NCBI GenBank assembly: GCA_964036045.1 | Contig: OZ038378.1 | Span: forward strand, 7,068,001 to 7,132,000 | DNA from: Eutreptiella sp. 'Long Island Sound 2002' | Taxonomy: Eukaryota > Protista > Euglenida | Length of the DNA: 64,000 nucleotides | Reading direction: 5' to 3' | In this document: positions 61,301-64,000 of the stretch, one piece after another | Layout of the letters: every line of letters begins with the position of its first letter | How positions within the stretch are numbered: the stretch's first letter is position 1 | Made by a program: the position numbers and the translations under genes | Notes under the pieces: model-generated | What the model was told of the DNA's origin: nothing | Seen by the model: only the letters and a program-made list of their open reading frames with translations | Databases searched by the model: none

Positions 61301-63178
61301 AAATGGCTATGCGCAGGAATTTTCGCAAACACAGCGTGCAGGTCAATACGTGCGTTTTGAGAGCCCGTACGGTAGATGCTGTTGCTGTGAAGCCAGCCTC
61401 TGCTAGGAGAAGCTGGTGTGGTTGCGGGCGGTCTGTCCTTGGCCGATATGGCCCACTGCTGCAGTACCTTGCCCAACACAAATAACATTGCTGGTGCCTA
61501 TGCTTTTGTATGAACCATGCAACACTGCGACAAACCTTCTGCCTTCCATGCCATGAGAAGAAACTGTACTTGAGTTCAACTGGATACTTGCCAGAGGGGA
61601 GCCAAGATGTTGTGCCGAATTCTCAGTATACCTGGCATTGTTGGGCTTGACTGAATGAGAAAAATGGGAGGGAGCAACGAACCTCCAGCATGGCGTCACA
61701 CGCAACGAAATGAAACAACCTCAAACGGCGAAACAGCTGGTCCTCAGGCCTGTACTTGAAGGGGGTTGTGGGTCAGTGAGACCTTTTCCAGGTGAGCTAG
61801 GCGACGTTGTAGGTGGAACGTTTGGTAGACTAACCTTGTTGACAAAGAGCTACTTGATTGCAACCACTCAGAGGTACATAACCTCAAAAGGGAGAGGGAA
61901 TCACGATGGAAATTGGTGCGAGAAACGAAACGCACTGTCAGAGCGAGAACCTATTGCATTACACTGTTCGGAGCGTTGTCTGCATACAGAAAGAGTTGCG
62001 GGTGACCAACCCGCTCAATGTCCTTGATGAGGTCAAAGACACCATGCATTACCGGCAGGCCGCAAGAGCTTCTACCTGCTGGGAGAGGGCTGTTGTTGTT
62101 GTTGGGGAGATGTTGCGTTGGCCCGAAGAATTCAGTACATTTCAATTTTTTCACGCTAGACAACTTCATGTCGTTGCGTGTGCGGGCATCGAGATGCAAT
62201 TTATTCTGTTCAAGCTTGCTGGTCCTCCTGATCCTTTTGACTGGATCATGTCCGACAAATCCTACCCGCGAGTACCGGAATCAAGGAAAGCAATGCTTCC
62301 AATACGAAGGATGCCGGGCAGGCCAAAGATCCGAGAAAAGTCGCGCAGAACCCCGGAAGCGCCCTGCAGTGTGGAGCTCAGACAATGCTCCGGAAGCCAG
62401 TGTTGCACCTGTAGGCGCAGAAGTGCACCGCCGCACTCCTTCTATGGGATGCATAAAGCTGCGTGGTTCAATCCCCTTCTGAAACCTGGAAAGAAGGAAG
62501 TATGTTCTGGGAAGCAGTACGCACTGAGCATCACCAGTCAGGTGATTGGGCGAACAACAGTGCATTACCCACAGTCAGACTGCTCTTCGACGGGAGGTGC
62601 GAGTAGGCCGTGCAGTGCTGCAACGCGCTCCCCCAAAGGGCTGATTCCTTTTCTTTTTTGTTTTGACTTGAACAACGCCAACGACCAGCGACCAGCGTAA
62701 TAGCAAGAAGGGAGTCCAAAGCGACCCTGAAGAAGGGAGCACCCGTTGAGCGAGGGCTTGACTGTCATTGGTCTCTTGGTCTGTTTGACTGCGGGATGGT
62801 CTGTGGACAGCAGAAGTATGAAAGGGAACCTGAAAGACGAGTGTAATTGCACAAGTCACTTTGCGGCACACAGTCGCAGGTAGTACACCGATACGGCCAA
62901 TATTTTATTTATTTATGGCCTGGAACTGTCCAATGTAGCTAATATTCTCAAACAGCATATCCCTGTCTGTCGCGCCCCAGTCTGCAGACCTTTACGTACA
63001 CGCAAGGATTCTACCACGCACGTCCACCACGCACGTCACGAGGTGACCAATGTCCCCTCAAGAGCAAGTTGAGCGACTCTTCAAGTTTCTTTGTGGCAAA
63101 AGGGGCTAGGCTCGCAGAGTCTCTATTTGGTGGCAAAACACTGTCGGATGACGGCCGTCGACGCTGGTGTGCAAGCAT
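152..63178 (-). CDS. Large multi-exon minus-strand coding locus (Kelch-repeat N-terminal half, then IQ and PAM2-like motifs); one gene or several co-directional genes
   Basis: More than 20 GT-AG-bounded minus-strand segments with open frames from a candidate ATG at 63178 to TGA at 152-154. Many adjacent exons are phase-compatible, but the chain was not verified across about 43-14 kb. Confidence 0.45.
1414..1585. repeat. 42-bp minisatellite, about 4 units
   Basis: gtatccc recurs at 1421, 1461, 1503 and 1545. Confidence 0.9.
2390..2600 (-). mobile_element. Partial family A core and terminus
   Basis: atgattttacaaggggttggacatccgatatcataccttgcggtatgctac...cttcagggtga|tttc. Confidence 0.55.
2690..3060 (+). 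mobile_element. Non-LTR retrotransposon 3' remnant (CCHC zinc knuckle)
   Basis: LLCRGPWETRIHMLWECPKW (2710-2769) resembles the C-terminal C-x-E-T-x2-H-x4-C-P motif of LINE ORF2. Confidence 0.6.
3100..3900 (-). mobile_element. Degenerate retroelement RNase H remnant (pseudogenised)
   Basis: Across frameshifts and stops: QTSHTE..ELWVAIEAL..CMDSK..KIDLWKRL..WIGTHAG..N, which is RNase HI motif order. Ends at the (CA)n(CT)n tract at about 3079-3102. Confidence 0.65.
7059..7107 (+). repeat. Telomere-like hexamer tract (TAGGGY/TTAGGG variants)
   Basis: ctagggttagagctagggctagggctagggctaggggtaggggtaggg; opposite-strand cctaaccctaacc at 6913. Confidence 0.7.
7953..8722 (+). mobile_element. Tc1/mariner-pogo-like non-autonomous element with transposase C-terminal remnant
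   Basis: Imperfect TIR AACC(A)CCCCCCTATTA..ATCAC, flanked by TA at 7951 and 8723; subterminal GCGTGATATTATTT repeats. The internal frame LFVELCYSGLESATSHHDVPKVFQELGY resembles the DDE_1 tail (weak). Confidence 0.55.
9227..9568 (-). CDS. S/P-rich exon with PAM2-like motif SDLRASAPPFIP
   Basis: Acceptor tttctctgttcacAG, donor AAG|GTctct; 114 codons. The motif resembles PAM2 (xxLNxxAxEFxP). Confidence 0.7.
11362..11652 (-). CDS. Internal exon (AEGANIWSADLARSKSDL...QQHSPQ)
   Basis: 97 codons, phase 0-0, GT-AG. Confidence 0.7.
13530..13866 (-). CDS. Internal exon (...HPFIKEGALLDDIAQYLVIRDDPPPSLW...SSFWQ)
   Basis: Acceptor tcttacccacAG, donor CAG|GTctgt; 337 nt open frame within ORF 13491..13886. 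Confidence 0.7.
15290..15660 (-). repeat. Dispersed repeat family D with internal tRNA-like module (second copy at 52140-52440)
   Basis: atttggtccaat...ctgagtattttgagtatagacac...gtgaaaacccaatttttcaccct is shared with 52312-52410. tRNA-like segment at 15350-15418; local 25-bp direct repeat at 15421 and 15495. Confidence 0.7.
16293..16863 (-). mobile_element. Non-autonomous Helitron2/Helentron-like element (family A) with tRNA-derived module
   Basis: Sub-terminal inverted repeats CACCTCGAAGAGAGG (16313) and CCTCTCTTCGAGGTG (16848); CAGT/GCAA microsatellite; B-box GGTTCGAATCC at 16548; conserved ~200-bp core. Confidence 0.75.
19305..19358. repeat. (CA)n microsatellite, about 27 units
   Basis: Read directly from the sequence. 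Confidence 0.98.
23914..24502 (-). mobile_element. Family A element with two convergent tRNA-derived modules
   Basis: End hairpin TGCC-TTC-GGCA (23920-23930), subTIRs at 23934 and about 24487, tRNA-like modules 24071-24140 (+) and 24172-24243 (-). Confidence 0.8.
25039..25290 (+). mobile_element. Partial family A relative in the opposite orientation
   Basis: aaaa|TCACCccccaaaagttgtcggatc, then the reverse complement of the family core (cttgtaaaatcatgag...cattggggg equivalent). Confidence 0.5.
26211..26378. repeat. Perfect 84-bp tandem duplication
   Basis: gtcgaaagcaacccaaatgc starts at 26211 and 26295. Confidence 0.95.
26469..26591 (-). CDS. Internal exon (QMTTVHHKPSHDLPETG...DLFKAQRT)
   Basis: Acceptor gatttgtAG, donor G|GTgtgg; phase 1-1. 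Confidence 0.5.
27945..28605. repeat. Dispersed host repeat family B (also at 12520-12640, 25630-25820, 40900-41040, 41820-41960, 54440-54910, 56080-56190, 56430-56510)
   Basis: Shared motifs gggtgcttgagtacccgtattgtcaccaaatgatcacccaaacccatc and gggtccatgt..gaaaaaa..ggacctgggtctaaatc. Confidence 0.7.
28070..28402 (-). mobile_element. Family A element, hairpin end missing
   Basis: tRNA 3'-half at 28078-28120, family core, subTIR end ...CTTCGGGGTGA|tttt at 28402. Confidence 0.75.
28606..29223 (-). mobile_element. Family A element, complete, with two convergent tRNA-derived modules; empty site visible at about 56165
   Basis: 18-bp inverted repeat match (28626 and 29205-29222), hairpin at 28612-28622. 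Flanks caaagaaa|...|ttttgacccc match the uninterrupted caaagaaattttgacccc at 56170-56187. Confidence 0.85.
29968..30147 (-). CDS. Exon with two IQ calmodulin-binding motifs
   Basis: AAATRIQAMQRRRKVRQ and IAATKIQAFERGRRGRQ match IQxxxRGxxxR; 180 nt, phase 1-1, GT-AG. Confidence 0.85.
32808..33030 (-). CDS. Charged low-complexity exon (DKGAARRNKEEERRELGSP...EKEDETDVL)
   Basis: Acceptor gatgttgcAG, donor TTG|GTatgt; 223 nt open frame. Confidence 0.65.
36854..40010 (-). CDS. Non-Kelch internal exons 39856-40010, 39301-39430, 38358-38564, 36854-37015
   Basis: GT-AG-bounded open frames. The first three join in phase (0-2, 2-0, 0-0): DPGQTSPSTM...; HVPIWKRETRPQKP...; DESKRAARQLHQML.... No domain recognised. 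Confidence 0.7.
37215..37430. repeat. Degenerate ~113-bp tandem repeat, 2 units
   Basis: caagcaccaatcccagcccag...cgcatgcaac...cgcccatcaaaatttccaagcactttt occurs twice. Confidence 0.8.
41178..41747 (-). mobile_element. Family A element with tRNA-derived module and a second B-box
   Basis: subTIRs at 41190 and about 41732; (CAGT/CAGG)n tract; GGTTCGAATCC at 41404 and GGTTCAAATCC at 41473. Confidence 0.8.
41990..42335 (-). mobile_element. Older, shorter family A relative
   Basis: cacctcgcagaga at 41995; diverged core (ttgtctcccaaaatgatgattttac...ggggtatgctgtgcgaatg); end caacgtctcttcaaggtca. Confidence 0.55.
43984..57440 (-). CDS. Kelch-repeat (beta-propeller) coding region, about 10 exons
   Basis: Exons 57317-57440, 57166-57273, 53920-54023, 50789-50953, 48662-48844, 48358-48481, 47832-48039 and 46381-46542 join in phase; 45155-45283 joins 43984-44425, with the link from 46381 unresolved. 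Translation: ...PSLRASAVACNGSLYFFGG...NDTFQYSLESQQW...PKPRIHHSAVVKDHKMVIYGG...LNDMFALSLRENPPTW...HSAAVHPTRNSMVVFGG...LFEFSFATQEW...YNHSAAIINNTMYIYGG...FAFNFSILSW. This is the Kelch R-x-x-H / GG / D-x-x-x-W pattern. Confidence 0.9.
45155..45283 (-). CDS. Kelch exon (LGCTSTFFDELHVLDTVSG...WRGQEDNVPSR)
   Basis: Phase 2-2; joins 44425 to give PSRAQAASAVF. Confidence 0.75.
45720..46010. repeat. Two diverged ~190-bp tandem units
   Basis: aacggccct..ttggagac.cgtac.tgaca...ggc.attg.cctgaa..ttcagga...ctgaaaa..ggctgaaaac at about 45728 and 45921. Confidence 0.65.
46381..46542 (-). CDS. Kelch exon (AYVPVLRDFPATVTCDHWVFLFGGERN...)
   Basis: Acceptor ccttacAG, donor CAG|GTcttg; phase 0-0. Confidence 0.8.
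47832..48039 (-). CDS. Kelch exon (ILSWRTVYNP...VEWKTFNTISDGDGEK)
   Basis: Acceptor ctctttgcAG, donor AAG|GTattt; phase 2-0. Confidence 0.8.
48358..48481 (-). CDS. Kelch exon (PLLYNHSAAIINNTMYIYGGY...VFAFNF)
   Basis: GT-AG, phase 1-2. Absent from the supplied ORF track; found by manual translation. Confidence 0.9.
48662..48844 (-). CDS. Kelch exon (VHPTRNSMVVFGGKIGGG...FEFSFATQEW)
   Basis: Acceptor tttatttctgcAG, donor G|GTgtgt; phase 1-1. Confidence 0.9.
50789..50953 (-). CDS. Kelch exon (GINEDNMFLNDMFALSLRENPPTW...CHSA)
   Basis: Phase 1-1, GT-AG. The join to 48844 gives CHSAAVHPTRNSMVVFGG. Confidence 0.85.
51480..51945. repeat. Degenerate ~100-bp tandem repeat, 4-5 units, each with a B-box-like motif
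   Basis: Recurrent ctgggcca(c/t)tgg.ct.tggg..aagcctctc.c.gctc..ctgctccag..t..gggYtcRaa. Confidence 0.6.
51959..52720. mobile_element. Non-autonomous TIR DNA transposon with 8-bp TSD (hAT- or P-type), carrying a tRNA-like module
   Basis: TIR CATACATGGCATTAGCGTCCGTTT vs AAACGGACGTTAATGCCATGTATG (23/24); TSD TTCGGCAG at 51951-51958 and 52721-52728; many subterminal AAACGGACGC decamers. Confidence 0.85.
53920..54023 (-). CDS. Kelch exon (LESQQWFRLECLGYFPKPRIHHSAVVKDHKMVIYG)
   Basis: Acceptor tttgtgcAG, donor G|GTatga; phase 2-1; joins 57166 upstream and 50953 downstream. Confidence 0.9.
54913..55998 (-). mobile_element. Family A variant (~1.1 kb) with different cargo and co-varied subTIRs
   Basis: Hairpin tgccttcggc at 54921; CACCTCGCAAAG (54934) is a perfect inverted repeat of CTTTGCGAGGTG (55986); two ~190-bp internal tandem modules. 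Confidence 0.65.
56500..56740 (-). mobile_element. Partial family A core and terminus
   Basis: aaaaatccattgggggg...gatatccaatatcatgcttgggggg...cttgatctcttcgagttga. Confidence 0.55.
57166..57273 (-). CDS. Kelch exon (RASAVACNGSLYFFGG...NDTFQY)
   Basis: Acceptor tttcccctttgtAG, donor AG|GTgtgt; 108 nt, phase 2-2. Confidence 0.9.
58303..61055. repeat. 185-bp tandem array, 15 units (last one truncated), about 98-99% identical
   Basis: aaatcagacaatcgaacc recurs at 58311, 58496, 58681 ... 60901 (step 185). I saw only four variable sites. Confidence 0.98.
58310..60970 (-). ncRNA. Tandem array of 15 dual-guide box C/D snoRNA genes (core of unit 1 = 58314-58375, repeating every 185 bp)
   Basis: Minus strand: C box ATGATGc, guide ATTTCACTG, D' GTGA, C' ATGATT, guide TGGTTCGATTG, D box CTGA (62-nt core). 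The guides are complementary to conserved LSU rRNA motifs CCAGUGAAAU and AAUCGAACCA. Confidence 0.75.
61112..61182 (-). ncRNA. Diverged paralogous box C/D snoRNA flanking the array
   Basis: Perfect C box GTGATGA (61172-61178), D' GTGA (61158-61161), C' ATGATT (61139-61144), D CTGA (61117-61120). Both guides are unchanged while the internal spacer has substitutions. Confidence 0.75.
62300..63178 (-). CDS. Candidate 5' exons of the minus-strand gene (MLAHQRRRPSSDSVLPP...; FKSKQKRKGISPLGERVAALHGLL...; FQKGIEPRSFMHP...)
   Basis: Strong pyrimidine-rich acceptors at 63198, 62830/62801 and about 62486; donor GTaatg at 62568. Exact junctions are unresolved. Confidence 0.45.
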
Positions 63179-64000
63179 ACCTGTGTGGTCCCACGGTCTG
63201 AGGAGAAAAGGAAACCACAAGCCGAAATTCGACCACAGTGTCGAGCATAATTATCGCCCTCCTGTACTAAACTTGCACAGTCACGGACAGCATGCATATG
63301 AAGACAAAACACATACGCTCCGACTGGCCGCACTGTTCTCGCAGGCCTTTGTTCGCGGCGTAAGTAGACACCATAACCGCGGTCCTTGGGCACCATTGGG
63401 TGCCCAGTGCACGAGGTTTCTTAATAGACCATTTTCTAACAAGCAGCACAACATTTGAAGTGCTTGGAAAGTGTGTGAGTGCAACCGTGACATCCTGTGG
63501 GCTAACTTGGCTTTTCCAGTGATTTTGACGGGGTACACAGCTTCTGCCCCCTAGTATAATGGATGACATTTATGCTCAAAAATCCAGTACCAAAAGCCAG
63601 GTTGCCAGTAGCCGAAACCTAACTTTTTCTTGGAGCGAAAAATGTTGCCATAGGCACGTTGCATAGATGATAAAGGACCAGCAAATCAGGATGAGATATT
63701 CTAGAAACATGTGCAAAATATCTCTCATATATCTCACTGTGCGAAATACAACGACAAATCTGGTTCGGAAACCATTGACCTTTCCCTCGTTTTTTCTAGA
63801 GTTTTGTAAATTTCTTGAAAATTTTGGCAGATTGAATGGGAATGAAAATCTCGGCAATCGATAGGCCTACACGCGATGTGCGCCTCACGCGCACATTCTG
63901 GGGTTGTCGTGGGATAGCGGGATCTCAAAAAAAATTAGCTTGCCGCGGAGCTGGAAATATTTTATCAAGTGTTGATCAAAATGATGCACCATTTAGATTC

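Noticed and set aside
61906-62700. 264-aa plus-strand ORF with a PIRRMPGRPK..C-x-x-C segment resembling a MULE transposase C-terminus
   Set aside because: No intact SWIM or DDE motif and no TIRs seen. It lies antisense to segments with strong minus-strand splice signals, so it is probably a shadow ORF. An HMM search against MULE/SWIM profiles would settle it.
152-63178. Euglenid non-conventional (non-GT-AG) introns or stop-codon reassignment
   Set aside because: All junctions I could resolve are GT-AG. One TGA-interrupted exon-like stretch near 9.8 kb is not enough evidence.

Overview
Eukaryotic nuclear DNA, intron-rich and repeat-dense, with many poly-G tracts. A euglenid-like protist is my inference and cannot be confirmed from sequence alone. 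Protein-coding signal lies on the minus strand as GT-AG exons spread from about 63.2 kb to a stop at 152. A well-supported Kelch beta-propeller region (57.4-44 kb, exon phases join cleanly) is followed by low-complexity exons, a two-IQ-motif exon (30 kb) and a PAM2-like exon (9.5 kb). I cannot tell whether this is one ~63 kb gene or several co-directional genes. The most striking feature is a 185-bp tandem array at 58.3-61.1 kb (15 near-identical units plus a diverged flanking copy). Each unit carries, on the gene strand, a box C/D'/C'/D snoRNA-like module with two guides complementary to conserved LSU rRNA motifs. Introns also contain about 10 copies of a non-autonomous Helitron2/Helentron-like element with asymmetric sub-terminal inverted repeats, an end hairpin and no TSD; several of these carry one or two tRNA-Cys/Tyr-derived Pol III modules. 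Also present: an 8-bp-TSD TIR element carrying another tRNA-like module, a TA-flanked pogo/Tc1-like remnant, non-LTR retroelement debris and assorted mini/microsatellites. All alignments, counts and folds were done by eye.
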